From assembly GCA_009926935.1 (NCBI GenBank), contig RFNZ01000004.1:21104-85103 (forward strand): DNA of 64,000 nucleotides. The letters run 5' to 3'. This document shows positions 33,279 to 43,101 of this stretch, one piece after another. The notes under the pieces are model-generated. The model saw nothing but the letters and a program-made list of their open reading frames with translations. It was not told the DNA's origin and did no database searches. Both the position numbers and the translations under genes were made by a program. Each line of letters begins with the position of its first letter. Positions within the stretch are counted from its first letter, which is position 1. The DNA is from Pseudomonadota bacterium (GTDB taxonomy: Bacteria > Pseudomonadota > Alphaproteobacteria > Micavibrionales > UBA1664).

Positions 33279-33941
33279 TTACTGTGTAGGCAAGGGGTTA
33301 AGCCTTGGGGCTCTGACGGTGCTGAAAACACCTCCCTCAAATCCGCCGATACTCTGGTTCATCGGGCGGAACGCCTTCTGGGAAGCGGATGCATAAAGGG
33401 CGCTGCGGAGGGCATCGCCAGCACATCCCTTAGGTAAAAGCTTGTTAAGCGAGCCGGTAATCTTACCCAGGCTTGGCATATTGATCGGTACCTCGCACTG
33501 GATATATTTAAGCAAGGTATCGGCCATAATGCCGCACAGGGCTCCTGCAAACGGGCTGCCTGATAATCCGGGGATGCTGCCGAGAAGGTTATTAAGCCCC
33601 CCCTGAACAAGCCCGCCAATATCTGTAAACATCCCTCCAAAATCCTTGGAAAGATTCATGAAGCTCTTGATATCGCCGCTCACCATGTTGTTGAGAAGGC
33701 CAGATACAGGGCCCGCAGCACCACTGAGCTGGCCCAGAATGTTCGACGCATATCCAGTCGGCGCGTAAGCAAACTGGTTGGCGATGCGCTGAAGTTCCTG
33801 CGATTTGCAGGGCACTTTCATCATGGCAGCCGCGCTGACCGGCGGACGGACGATACTGTTCCACGTATCCTGCCTGATGGCGCTGCTCGCTTTAACCTGA
33901 TCATCAATACGGGCCTTCACAGCCTCTGCACAGCGTGGGTC
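33279..33941 (-). repeat. Copy 2 of a duplicated ~660-bp coding segment (copy 1 at 35183-35848)
   Basis: Both start DPRC and share long identical blocks, e.g. LLGSIPGLSGSPFAGALCGIMADTLLKYIQCEVPI. Confidence 0.9.
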
Positions 33942-34637
33942 ACCGTATGTAAGGCCACGGGGAGAGGCATTGTTGGCGTATTGCTGGCAGTTGCCGCCGC
34001 CGCCCCACGGCGTGTTGTAACCAGCGAAACGCTGAAGATACTCAAACACGTTTGTACCATAACCGTCCGTACAGCTGCCTGTACCATTCAAACATTTATT
34101 CAATCCACCACATCCTTTGAGGTGACAGCCGGCAAGAAGGCTGGACTCGGTAATCGTAACGCCATTGATAGTTTGGCCAACATACCTGTCTAGCCCCTTG
34201 CTTTGGATTTGCCTCCAAAGGTAGCTTTGGTTTTGTTCAAAGACATATTCTTGCGCGCGTCTACCAGCTTCAGTATATAGAAAGTCTTCTTTAGACCTTA
34301 TACCAAATCGTTCTGCCATTGGGCCAGTCCAAGGGCCACTCCAGTCCTGATATCGAGCACTTGTTGGGCCATTGTAAAAGCCAAGATCATGCAACGTCTC
34401 CGTGCCAAACTGATACTTGCCCAAATAGCCAAATGAGTTTTCAAGATCGTATCGGCCACTACTTTCGCGGCCTGCAAGAGCAGCTCCAAATTTATCAAAG
34501 TTACAATCTGGATTGCTGCCGTCCGTATTGGCCAACAATGTGTTGGAAGCTAGAAAACCGCATAAAAAAAAGACAGCGTACAGGACACTGCGAAGCAGCG
34601 GAGCATGTATTCTAAAATGAGTTTTCGTTGCGCTCAT
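33279..34637 (-). CDS. Secreted protein: lysozyme-like domain fused to an unknown ~220-aa domain
   Basis: Signal peptide; RESSGRY..N.FGYLGKYQFG...TESSLLAGCHL.G...DGYGT (lysozyme-like fold, putative catalytic Glu58); residues 233-452 paralogous to 35183-35956. Confidence 0.75.
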   Translation of the reverse strand: MSATKTHFRIHAPLLRSVLYAVFFLCGFLASNTLLANTDGSNPDCNFDKFGAALAGRESSGRYDLENSFGYLGKYQFGTETLHDLGFYNGPTSARYQDWSGPWTGPMAERFGIRSKEDFLYTEAGRRAQEYVFEQNQSYLWRQIQSKGLDRYVGQTINGVTITESSLLAGCHLKGCGGLNKCLNGTGSCTDGYGTNVFEYLQRFAGYNTPWGGGGNCQQYANNASPRGLTYGDPRCAEAVKARIDDQVKASSAIRQDTWNSIVRPPVSAAAMMKVPCKSQELQRIANQFAYAPTGYASNILGQLSGAAGPVSGLLNNMVSGDIKSFMNLSKDFGGMFTDIGGLVQGGLNNLLGSIPGLSGSPFAGALCGIMADTLLKYIQCEVPINMPSLGKITGSLNKLLPKGCAGDALRSALYASASQKAFRPMNQSIGGFEGGVFSTVRAPRLNPLPTQ

Positions 34638-35179
34638 TTCTTCTCAAACTTGCTGATGCCGGCAAAGACATAAATTTTTTTCTCTTCATTCCAGAAAAAA
34701 ACACCAAAACCGTCGCTTGCCCGCGGCATAACTGTGGTTAGGATATCAAAATAAGTTTTGCCACTTCTTATATTTTTAAAAATACGCCCAAGAGTAGTGT
34801 CAAAAACGACGTCATATTTTCCCGACGCATTTGGGTTCAGAATGACGGTTCTGCAACCGCTGGATCCGCATACTGATGGATGAAAAATATAAGCAAAGAT
34901 AGCGTTTTTCGGCAGGTCCGGACCCAGAGATTGAAAACTGGCAAGAACAAGAGGCTCGCGTGGATCAAAACCTTTCATTTCCTCCAAGTCTGCAGACAAA
35001 ACTTTTTGCACGATTGCCGATGCAGACGCATCACTCGTTTTTTCATCTAGAATGACTTCTGTGTAGGTGCGTTTCTGTTGTCTGGTCTCCCCAGTCTGCG
35101 CCTGAGCGTAAAAAGCCATGCCTAAAGACAGGAAAAGGAAGCAGCCAACAAACAGCGAGAGTTTATAGGTTTTTGCCAT
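34634..35179 (-). CDS. Secreted hypothetical protein with CGSSGC motif (candidate inhibitor/immunity protein)
   Basis: Signal peptide ending AQA; HPSVCGSSGC; AT-rich by eye; 4-nt overlap with the downstream gene. Confidence 0.65.
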   Translation of the reverse strand: MAKTYKLSLFVGCFLFLSLGMAFYAQAQTGETRQQKRTYTEVILDEKTSDASASAIVQKVLSADLEEMKGFDPREPLVLASFQSLGPDLPKNAIFAYIFHPSVCGSSGCRTVILNPNASGKYDVVFDTTLGRIFKNIRSGKTYFDILTTVMPRASDGFGVFFWNEEKKIYVFAGISKFEKK

Positions 35180-35182
35180 GTC

Positions 35183-35848
35183 TTAGTTCCTCGGCGTCGG
35201 AACAGGGCCGAACATTGCTCGTGTACCCGACCATATACCACCCTCAGCCCCTACGATACTTTGGTTCATGGGTCTGAATTCCTGCTTCGAACCGGCTGCG
35301 TAAAGGGCACCGCGTAAGGCATCACCAGCGCAGCCCTTCGGTAAAAGCTTGTTAAGCGAGCCCGTGATATTGCCAAGGCTCGGCATCGTAATAGGTACTT
35401 CACACTGGATATATTTGAGAAGCGTATCCGCCATGATGCCGCACAGGGCCCCCGCAAACGGGCTGCCCGATAGGCCGGGGATGCTGCCGAGAAGGCTGTT
35501 AAGCTGCCCTTGGACAAGGTTCCCAAGGCCGGTAAAAATCCCGCCGAAATCCTTGGCAAGGCCCGCAAAGCTTTGCTGGTCAGCGCGTGTCATGTTGTTG
35601 AGGAGGCCGGATACGGGGCCAGCAGCGCCGCTTATCTGGCCTACGATGCTTGAAGCATAACCGGTAGGGGCATACGCAAACTGGTTGGCGATCCGCTGGA
35701 GTTCGTTGGATTTGCAGGGGACTTTCATCATGGAGGATGTGTTGACGGTAGGCCGGATGGTATTGGCAATAACATCCTGCGCCACGGCGCCAGAGCGCTT
35801 AACTGTAGCATCAACCCCGGTTCTGACGGCAGACGAGCAGCGCGGGTC
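35183..35848 (-). repeat. Copy 1 of the duplicated coding segment
   Basis: See 33279-33941. Confidence 0.9.
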
Positions 35849-35956
35849 TTCAGCTGCCACCGAGGCACCACTGTAAAGCCCAGAAAACAGGCACAAAATA
35901 AAGAGGAAAACCCTGAAAAGCCGGGCCGCAGAATGGCCCTTCAAAAAGACAGACAT
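35183..35956 (-). CDS. Secreted protein consisting only of the unknown ~220-aa domain
   Basis: Signal peptide then DPRC...; start set at MSVFLK (ORF track start 35989). Confidence 0.75.
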   Translation of the reverse strand: MSVFLKGHSAARLFRVFLFILCLFSGLYSGASVAAEDPRCSSAVRTGVDATVKRSGAVAQDVIANTIRPTVNTSSMMKVPCKSNELQRIANQFAYAPTGYASSIVGQISGAAGPVSGLLNNMTRADQQSFAGLAKDFGGIFTGLGNLVQGQLNSLLGSIPGLSGSPFAGALCGIMADTLLKYIQCEVPITMPSLGNITGSLNKLLPKGCAGDALRGALYAAGSKQEFRPMNQSIVGAEGGIWSGTRAMFGPVPTPRN

Positions 35957-36061
35957 TGTTATTTTCCCTGTACCCCGCTGTCCTATCATTATACCGAAAA
36001 ACTTGGGGTTTGTACAAATCCCAAATTCCGAAAAACCCTATTATGTGCATAATCAGCATTT

Positions 36062-37366
36062 ATGAAGGTCTTTAGACAGGTTCCGGGCCCGTTTTCGCTG
36101 ATCGATGATCTCTCCCAAAGGCTTTTGCGCCGCTGGGTTCCGAAGTGGTATCCGGCCTTTATTGAGCCTAAAACCAACCTTTTCTTTGAACGTCTGGGCC
36201 ACAGCTTCCGCCCTGTCCTAACAGGAAAACGTAGATTATTAAGTCAATTCAGGCAGTTAGCCATGTACTCCCATGCGGCAAGCCAGGCTGAGTGTATGTT
36301 TTTCAAGCCGGATCTTGCGGGCCATCTCGACGCTATCACAAAAGCATACAGCGCGCAGGAGCCGGGAGGATGGTTTTTCGCTCTCGACGATTCGGGGAAG
36401 GTCATCGACAAAACACTGGATCTGTACGCCCACGCCTTCGTCATTTTCGGCCTGTCTCACTATGGGCGCACAACGGGGGATGTGAGCGCCCGTACCCGTG
36501 CTTTGGAAACGCTGGCGTTTATTGACCGTAACTTTAGAGCCTCGGAAGGTTTTTATGAGGCTCTGGATGGCGAAGGCAAAAAAATCGAGACACCGCGCCG
36601 CCATGAATCCCACATGCATCTGTTGGAGGCCTGCCTTTTTGCACATGCAACCTGGGGGGATGCCGTATTTCTTGAAGTATCGGATCAGATCGTAAATCTG
36701 TTCTTCAGCCGTTTCTATGATGCACAGAGCAACGTGCTCTCCGAGTATTTTACGGACGACCTGAAACCTCAGGCCGATCGTGAGAAAAGCGTCATACTCT
36801 GTGAACCCGGGCATTACTGCGAGTGGATATGGCTTCTCAAAAAACATGCGCATGCCAAGGGCAATTCCTCCATGCACGATGATGTGTGCCTAAGACTGCT
36901 GGAATGGGTGAACCGCTTCGGCTGGGATCGCACACATGGCGGCATATACGATGAGTTGGATACAGAAGGGCAGGTGGTCTCGGGCACCAAGCGCCTATGG
37001 CCGTTTACCGAGGCAATCAAGGCCAATGCCCTCATGCTTGACTGCATTCACGACCCGCATCGCGAAGCCGCAAAAAACCACATGGCGGTCATGACAACAC
37101 TCTTTCGCGATAAATACATGCAAGAGCGGGGTTTCTGGACCGAATCTCTCAGTCATGACCTTGCGCCAGCGACGGACTATATGCCCGCCACTTCTCCGTA
37201 CCATGTCTATTTTGGCATCATGGAAACCAGAGAGATTCTCAAAAACCGAGGCGCCTCGAAATCGTGGAGGGCAGGGCCCCGCCGCTTGGCATATGCCTCG
37301 GCACGCTTTTTATCAGCCATCGTGCGCGAAACGCGCCTTAAGTTACAAAAAAGCAAAGCGGTGTGA
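36062..37366 (+). CDS. AGE-family epimerase/isomerase
   Basis: RQLAMYSHA, LYAHAFVIFGL, HMHLLEA, EPGHYCEWIWLL, RLWPFTE, YH. Confidence 0.88.
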   Translation: MKVFRQVPGPFSLIDDLSQRLLRRWVPKWYPAFIEPKTNLFFERLGHSFRPVLTGKRRLLSQFRQLAMYSHAASQAECMFFKPDLAGHLDAITKAYSAQEPGGWFFALDDSGKVIDKTLDLYAHAFVIFGLSHYGRTTGDVSARTRALETLAFIDRNFRASEGFYEALDGEGKKIETPRRHESHMHLLEACLFAHATWGDAVFLEVSDQIVNLFFSRFYDAQSNVLSEYFTDDLKPQADREKSVILCEPGHYCEWIWLLKKHAHAKGNSSMHDDVCLRLLEWVNRFGWDRTHGGIYDELDTEGQVVSGTKRLWPFTEAIKANALMLDCIHDPHREAAKNHMAVMTTLFRDKYMQERGFWTESLSHDLAPATDYMPATSPYHVYFGIMETREILKNRGASKSWRAGPRRLAYASARFLSAIVRETRLKLQKSKAV

Positions 37367-37470
37367 GTCTTGTGCCGAATTATCTTGCAAGCGCTAAGTG
37401 GCAAGATTATACCCATAGCCGACTTAAAACCTTACATAATATTATCAACTCTGGGGCTATATATTTCGCC

Positions 37471-37959
37471 ATGAAGCGCAGCAAACTCGACAAAATCGAC
37501 CGTAAAATCCTCTCAACTTTGCAGGACGATGGGCGTATCACCAACGTTGATCTGGCCAAAAAAGCCGGTATTTCGGCTCCGCCCTGCCTGCGCCGTGTCC
37601 GCGCCCTTGAAGAGTCGGGTTTTATCAAAAGCTACCACGCCTTCCTTGACCCCAATAAACTGGGCTATGGCATCACGGTTTTTGCGCATGTCTCGCTGTC
37701 CTCCCACAACGATACCGATTTGCGCAAGTTCGAAACCAAAATCGTAGGCTGGCCGCAGGTGCGTGAAGCGCATCTGCTTTCCGGCGAAACCGATGTGCTA
37801 TTGAAAGTCGTCGCAAAAGACTGGGAATCCTACCAGCAGTTCCTGACCAGCGAGTTGCTGGCAACGGAAAATGTGGCGGCCGTGCGCTCGTCCATCGCCA
37901 TCCGTACGGCAAAGCTTGAGCCGGGCGTGCCGATTAATGACAACGCAGCCGCAACCTGA
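37471..37959 (+). CDS. Lrp/AsnC family transcriptional regulator
   Basis: LDKIDRKIL..LQ.DGRITNVDLA...GIS..PCLRRVR.LEE.G; SGETDVLLKV. Confidence 0.93.
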   Translation: MKRSKLDKIDRKILSTLQDDGRITNVDLAKKAGISAPPCLRRVRALEESGFIKSYHAFLDPNKLGYGITVFAHVSLSSHNDTDLRKFETKIVGWPQVREAHLLSGETDVLLKVVAKDWESYQQFLTSELLATENVAAVRSSIAIRTAKLEPGVPINDNAAAT

Positions 37960-37960
37960 A

Positions 37961-38040
37961 GAGCTGCGACCGCAGCTCCGCGAGCTTATGCGAGCGTAGC
38001 CCAAAGCGTGCGGAGTACGCGGCGCGGCGTCTGAGCGCCC
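37961..38040. other. GC-rich multi-hairpin intergenic element between convergent genes
   Basis: GAGCTGC-GACC-GCAGCTC, overlapping CTCCGC...GCGGAG, and GGCGT-CTGA-GCGCC. Confidence 0.4.
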
Positions 38041-38044
38041 AAAA

Positions 38045-38653
38045 CTAAGGATATTGCCGCTGGGCTACCCAGCGGCCGTTTTCATCCAGCGTAAATACAA
38101 ACCTGTCGTGCAGGCGGAAAGCGCCGTCCTGCCAGAATTCGATGCGTGTGGGTTTGACGCGGTACCCAAACCAGTGCGGCGGGCGCGGCACGTTATCTGT
38201 ATCTTTATAAGTCTCTTCCAACGCTTTAACCCGCGCTTCAAGCGTGGCGCGGCTGTCCAAAGGCTGTGATTGAAGCGAGGCCCATGCCCCGATACGGCTA
38301 CCTTTTGGGCGTGAATTGAAATAGGCGTCTGATTCTGCATCACTCACGGTTTCAACGGCACCCTCAACGCGCACCTGCCGCCGCAGTGATTTCCAGTGAA
38401 AGAGTAAAGCCGCAACGCGTGTCGCCGCCAGTTGCTGCCCCTTGCGAGACATGCTGTTGGTAAAAAATACGAAACCCCGCTCGTCGATTCCCTTCAATAG
38501 CAGCATGCGGGCTGATGGCATCCCGTCAGCGCCGATGGTGGCAACGGTCATGGCCTCGGGGTCGTTTGGCTCTGATTTTTTGGCGGATTCTAGCCATTCA
38601 GCAAAAAGTTCATAAGGGTTAATACCCGTGGCAGGAATATCAAAATGAGTCAT
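38045..38653 (-). CDS. pdxH: Pyridoxamine 5'-phosphate oxidase
   Basis: PSARMLLLK, FFTN..SRKG, RQVRVEG, YFNSRP, PPHWFGY, EFWQ. Confidence 0.96.
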   Translation of the reverse strand: MTHFDIPATGINPYELFAEWLESAKKSEPNDPEAMTVATIGADGMPSARMLLLKGIDERGFVFFTNSMSRKGQQLAATRVAALLFHWKSLRRQVRVEGAVETVSDAESDAYFNSRPKGSRIGAWASLQSQPLDSRATLEARVKALEETYKDTDNVPRPPHWFGYRVKPTRIEFWQDGAFRLHDRFVFTLDENGRWVAQRQYP

Positions 38654-38729
38654 TGTTAGGCCATCCTTTTGCCCTAAATTGAATTTACATTTAATACTGA
38701 AGTACTCACTACTTGAAAGGGAACTCTCT

Positions 38730-39209
38730 ATGTCGCTTCGTACAATTGCTCTTACCGCCACTCTAATGGCTGGTGTTGCACTTTCCGGCTGCACTGCCTA
38801 TGACGCAGGCAACAAGGAGATGGTCGGCACAGGCCTAGGCGCTGTGGTTGGCGGCCTTGCAGGCTCCCAAATCGGTAGCGGCGATGGCCAGCTATGGGCC
38901 ACGGGCGCAGGCGTTCTTTTGGGTGCACTGGTCGGTTCCGAACTGGGCCGCAGCCTCGATAAAGCCGACATGGCTTATATGAATCAGGCGCAGACACGCT
39001 CCTATTCAGCCCCCATCGGCGAAACCATTTCATGGAACAACCCGCAAAGCGGCAACAGCGGTACCTATACGCCTGTCCGTGACGGCCGCACGAACAGCGG
39101 TTCTTACTGCCGCGAATACCAGCAAACCATCTATGTCGGTGGCCAGCAGGAAACGGCAACAGGTACAGCCTGCCAGCAGCCTGACGGCACATGGAAAATC
39201 ATCAACTGA
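38730..39209 (+). CDS. Glycine-zipper outer-membrane lipoprotein (17-kDa surface antigen-like)
   Basis: Lipobox LSGC, GTGLGAVVGGLAGSQIG, WNNPQSGNSG, YCREYQQTI, GTACQQPDGTW. Confidence 0.9.
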   Translation: MSLRTIALTATLMAGVALSGCTAYDAGNKEMVGTGLGAVVGGLAGSQIGSGDGQLWATGAGVLLGALVGSELGRSLDKADMAYMNQAQTRSYSAPIGETISWNNPQSGNSGTYTPVRDGRTNSGSYCREYQQTIYVGGQQETATGTACQQPDGTWKIIN

Positions 39210-39225
39210 TACGTATTGTGAACGT

Positions 39226-39264
39226 AAAAAGGGCCGGAGATTAACCTCTCCGGCCTTTTCTTTT
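39226..39264 (+). terminator. Intrinsic terminator
   Basis: GGCCGGAGA-TTAACC-TCTCCGGCC followed by TTTTCTTTT. Confidence 0.88.
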
Positions 39265-39314
39265 GTGGTGAAGGCGGCTAAAACAAGCCCTTAAAACCTT
39301 AAGAGGGAAAAATC

Positions 39315-40178
39315 ATGACCGATCGCAAAGGCTGGATGGACGGCAAAAAGGGCCTCATCATGGGGGTCGCCAACGACCGTTCAATCGCATGGGGCATTGC
39401 AAGTGCCTGCGCCGCTGAGGGGGCCGAGCTGGCCTTCACCTATCAGGGCGAAGCTTTGGAAAAACGCGTGCGTCCATTGGCTGAGAGCGTGAACTCGAAA
39501 CTCGTCATGCCCTGCGACGTAACGGACGACGCCTCGATTGATGCGACTTTCGATTCAGTCCAGAAGGCTTGGGGCAAAATCGACTTCGTCGTGCACGCCA
39601 TCGCCTTCTCCGACAAAAAAGAACTCGATGGTTTGTACCTTGATACAACCCGCGAGAATTTCAAACGCACGATGGATATTTCCATCTACTCGTTTACCGC
39701 TATCGCCCAGCGGGCAGCAAAAATGATGGGGGAGGGCGGCAGCCTTCTTACGCTCACCTATTACGGTGCCGAGCGTGTGATGCCGCACTACAACGTCATG
39801 GGTGTGGCCAAGGCAGGACTTGAGGCATCCGTGCGTTATCTCGCAACCGATTTGGGCGGCCGCGGTATCCGTGTCAACGCCATCTCGGCAGGGCCTATCA
39901 AAACACTGGCCGCAAGCGGCATCGGCGATTTCAGATTCATTCTGAAATGGAACGAACTCAATGCACCGCTCAAACGCAACGTCTCCATCGAAGATGTCGG
40001 CAAATCCGGCCTCTATCTTCTCTCCGATTTGGGCAGCGGCGTGACGGGCGAAATTCTGCACGTCGATAGCGGCTACCACACGGTTGGTATGGTGCAACCG
40101 GAAGCTGCTGGCGCAACCGCCGAACTCTTGAGCCAAATGGCAGGATCCATCGCCGCCAATACAAAGGATGCGGCGTGA
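39315..40178 (+). CDS. fabI: Enoyl-ACP reductase
   Basis: [39 protein letters not shown]. Confidence 0.97.
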   Translation: MTDRKGWMDGKKGLIMGVANDRSIAWGIASACAAEGAELAFTYQGEALEKRVRPLAESVNSKLVMPCDVTDDASIDATFDSVQKAWGKIDFVVHAIAFSDKKELDGLYLDTTRENFKRTMDISIYSFTAIAQRAAKMMGEGGSLLTLTYYGAERVMPHYNVMGVAKAGLEASVRYLATDLGGRGIRVNAISAGPIKTLAASGIGDFRFILKWNELNAPLKRNVSIEDVGKSGLYLLSDLGSGVTGEILHVDSGYHTVGMVQPEAAGATAELLSQMAGSIAANTKDAA

Positions 40179-41242
40179 GCGGAAACCGTTTCGGCACGTT
40201 ATTCCAGTACCAGACATGGGGTGAAAGCCACGGGCCTGCGATCGGCGTTGTGGTTGATGGCGTACCGCCGCGCTTGGCGCTGACCGAAGCCGATATCCAG
40301 CAATACTTGGATAAACGCCGCCCGGGGCAAAGCCGCCACACCACACAGCGGCAGGAACCTGACGCGGTTAAAATCCTCTCCGGCGTATTCGAGGGGCAAA
40401 CCACAGGCACGCCCATCAGCCTGATGATTGAAAACGTCGATGCGAAATCGAAAGACTACGACGATGTAAAAGATAAATTCCGCCCCGGCCACGCCGATTA
40501 CACCTATCAGGCAAAATACGGCATCCGTGACTATCGCGGCGGTGGCAGAAGTTCGGCGCGTGAAACCGCAAGCCGTGTAGCCGCAGGCGCTGTCGCACGC
40601 AAAATTTTAAGCGGCGTTACAATCCGCGGCAGCGTCGTACAAATAGGCCCGCACAAAATCAACCGCGACAACTGGGATTGGGCGCAGGTCAGTGAAAACG
40701 ATTTTTTCACGGCCGACAAACAGGCCGCCAAGATGTGGGCGGATTATCTGGACGGTGTACGCAAAAACGGATCATCGGCAGGCGCGGTTATTGAAGTTGT
40801 GGCTTCAGGCGTACCCGCAGGTTGGGGTGCGCCCGTTTACGATAAACTCGATGCTGACCTCGCCAAAGCCATGATGTCCATCAACGCGGTCAAAGGCGTT
40901 GAAGTCGGTGCGGGTTTTGATTGCGTCGCGTGGGGCGGCGAAAAGAATGGCGACGATATCCGAATGGATAACGGCAAACCGAAATTCATGTCAAACTACG
41001 CAGGCGGCATTTTAGGCGGCATTTCAACAGGGCAGGATATTGTTGTGCGCTTTGCAGTCAAACCCACAAGCAGTATCCTCACGCCAAAAGATACGATTAC
41101 AAAAGACGGCGATGAAACCCAAATCATCACCAAGGGCCGTCACGACCCGTGCGTAGGCATCAGGGCCGTGCCCGTAGGCGAAGCGATGATGGCCTGTGTT
41201 CTGGCCGATCACTTTTTGCGCCACAAGGCCCAGTGCGGGTAG
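40175..41242 (+). CDS. aroC: Chorismate synthase
   Basis: [37 protein letters not shown]. Confidence 0.97.
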   Translation: MSGNRFGTLFQYQTWGESHGPAIGVVVDGVPPRLALTEADIQQYLDKRRPGQSRHTTQRQEPDAVKILSGVFEGQTTGTPISLMIENVDAKSKDYDDVKDKFRPGHADYTYQAKYGIRDYRGGGRSSARETASRVAAGAVARKILSGVTIRGSVVQIGPHKINRDNWDWAQVSENDFFTADKQAAKMWADYLDGVRKNGSSAGAVIEVVASGVPAGWGAPVYDKLDADLAKAMMSINAVKGVEVGAGFDCVAWGGEKNGDDIRMDNGKPKFMSNYAGGILGGISTGQDIVVRFAVKPTSSILTPKDTITKDGDETQIITKGRHDPCVGIRAVPVGEAMMACVLADHFLRHKAQCG

Positions 41243-42976
41243 TTACCATTTAGGGAATAGGTGAGGGCGTTCCTTCTGCTCGGCTTGGCGAAGCGCAATG
41301 GTAACGCTATCGCTCATCAAACCATCGTGTAGCCGCTTTAAAACGGCTGGCAATTTAGCGCGATGCCGTTTGTTTGCCTCAGTATGAATAAGGCCGTGGT
41401 TATCAAGAGACTGTTCAATGGACGCGATAACAATATGGTCACTTGGCTTCATATCCATTTTCTTCATGCGCCACATGAGAAATGTGCCGCGCATATCGTG
41501 GCTAGCCTGACGTCCGTCAGAAATAAATTTTTTTGCTCCTCCAATATAAATACCTGCCAATGCTGCTATTGGTGCAAAAGCAATTCTTAAGGCGTTTGGC
41601 AGCTCAAACGGTTTTGTTTCCGGATAAAAAGGCTCGTCACCGTCAGAACCTCTGCCTTTGGCAAGTTGCGCTAGATCGTTCTGAATCATTTTCTCCCGCC
41701 ACGGCGCCCTATAGGAAGACAGAATGTTAAACCCCGTCATGGATGAGATTTTTTTTGTCGTTTCGCGCCCGCGGCTTAAAACCCGTCTGGCTGTTTGCTC
41801 ACGGAGATATTTGTCTTCAAGTTTTAAATGGGCGTCTATGCAGGCGCTGGCGTATTCGATAAGCGGATGGTTGTTCGGTACAACGCGCATCAGATGATGC
41901 ACCATGAAGGTGGCCATATAAAACTGCATGTTTTGGCTTACTTCGCTGCTAACTTCGCCTTCGCTGTCAGGCTTTGCATGAAGCTGACCCAGTTTTTCAA
42001 AGTAGCTATCTAGCCGTGCGTGAACAAAATCTCTGAAACCTTCGTTTTTTTCGTATTGCCTCTGAAACACCTCGGCCTGGGCGTGCAGTCCAAAGGCTTC
42101 ATAACTATCAAGAGCGGGATCCGCAAATGCTAGGCCTTCATTTTCGTACATCAGGCTATTTGTTACGGTGTCCGTATCGCTCGGGCCTTTACGCTCATCA
42201 TCAAACAATCCGACAGGGGTATCGGAAGTGGAAAAAATTTCTTGTTCTTGAAAGATGCTTAAGGTTCTGCCCGTGTCTGAATGGTACCAGTCGTGGTTGA
42301 TGGTAAGGCCAAAAAGCACCTGGCATTCCTGTAGCATGCCATCGAGTTTCTGTTCACGTGCTGCCGAGATGATAGAAGGCGGTAATTCTAGGTAGGGCAG
42401 AGTGATGAGTTCGCTCCGCTCAACCTCATTAACTGTTCTCTTCCGAACGAAATTCATGAAGCCGAAGCCTGTATAGGCAGCGCCTTTCATGGACATTTTC
42501 GTATAACGTCCTGCGGGGATACCAAAATTGGCACCAACCTGGCCAAGATGAATATCGAATGGTTTTAGTATGGGATTGAGCGCAGCGCGCAGGTAATCTG
42601 AATCCGTTGGTCCAAGTTCCGTTTCCTTTGTTTTCGGATCAACGGTTACCTTATATGCCACGATTGCGGGCAGAGGCATCATGGCCAAACGTGTGTTGAG
42701 GGCGTTTACGGCAAAAGTACCGCCTAGTTTTTCTGCATTCCAGTCCGGGCTTCCTATGATATCAGCAAGACCTTCCCAAACAGGCCCAAGGGCCCTGCGT
42801 TGCATCTGGATAAGGCTTCCAAGCGGCTGTTTTTCAAGCTCTCTCAGCATGTCCTGCAAAACACCCGCATTAAGCTCGGCATCTGCGCCCTCGTGGGCAC
42901 CCAAAACGGGGGCAAAAGGCAGGAGTTCTATACCCGCCTTAAGCATACTGGCTGAAAGGTCGTTTTCTTGAGTCAT
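41243..42976 (-). CDS. Orphan protein with HDWYH motif (paralog 1)
   Basis: 577 aa; NHDWYH coded at 42281-42295; YEAFGL..QAEVFQR; MVHHLMRVVP..HPL; AT-richer than the flanking housekeeping genes by eye. Confidence 0.8.
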   Translation of the reverse strand: MTQENDLSASMLKAGIELLPFAPVLGAHEGADAELNAGVLQDMLRELEKQPLGSLIQMQRRALGPVWEGLADIIGSPDWNAEKLGGTFAVNALNTRLAMMPLPAIVAYKVTVDPKTKETELGPTDSDYLRAALNPILKPFDIHLGQVGANFGIPAGRYTKMSMKGAAYTGFGFMNFVRKRTVNEVERSELITLPYLELPPSIISAAREQKLDGMLQECQVLFGLTINHDWYHSDTGRTLSIFQEQEIFSTSDTPVGLFDDERKGPSDTDTVTNSLMYENEGLAFADPALDSYEAFGLHAQAEVFQRQYEKNEGFRDFVHARLDSYFEKLGQLHAKPDSEGEVSSEVSQNMQFYMATFMVHHLMRVVPNNHPLIEYASACIDAHLKLEDKYLREQTARRVLSRGRETTKKISSMTGFNILSSYRAPWREKMIQNDLAQLAKGRGSDGDEPFYPETKPFELPNALRIAFAPIAALAGIYIGGAKKFISDGRQASHDMRGTFLMWRMKKMDMKPSDHIVIASIEQSLDNHGLIHTEANKRHRAKLPAVLKRLHDGLMSDSVTIALRQAEQKERPHLFPKW

Positions 42977-42994
42977 TACAGCGGAAGTCTATAG

Positions 42995-43009
42995 AAAATA
43001 CGTAAATAA
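42995..43009 (-). promoter_or_regulatory. Shared upstream motif, copy 1 (AAAATACGTAAATAA on +)
   Basis: Identical 15-mer at 44810-44824 upstream of the paralog. Confidence 0.55.
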
Positions 43010-43101
43010 TCACTTTATACGGGGTATTATAATGAGCTTTCTCCAGAGCTCGCTTGTGTATTGGTGGACACTTCCTCTGTCAAAACGCTCATTGCAGATG
43101 A

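Noticed and set aside
33279-35848. The duplicated domain X as a DGR template/variable repeat pair for the RT
   Set aside because: Both copies are ~660-bp in-frame coding regions; differences are mostly synonymous or conservative and not restricted to adenines; they lie more than 10 kb from the RT.
39555-40346. Long antisense or alternate-frame ORFs over fabI, ispH/thrB, lipoprotein 8738, secD, maeB and others
   Set aside because: Expected shadow ORFs in GC-rich coding DNA; no recognisable motifs.
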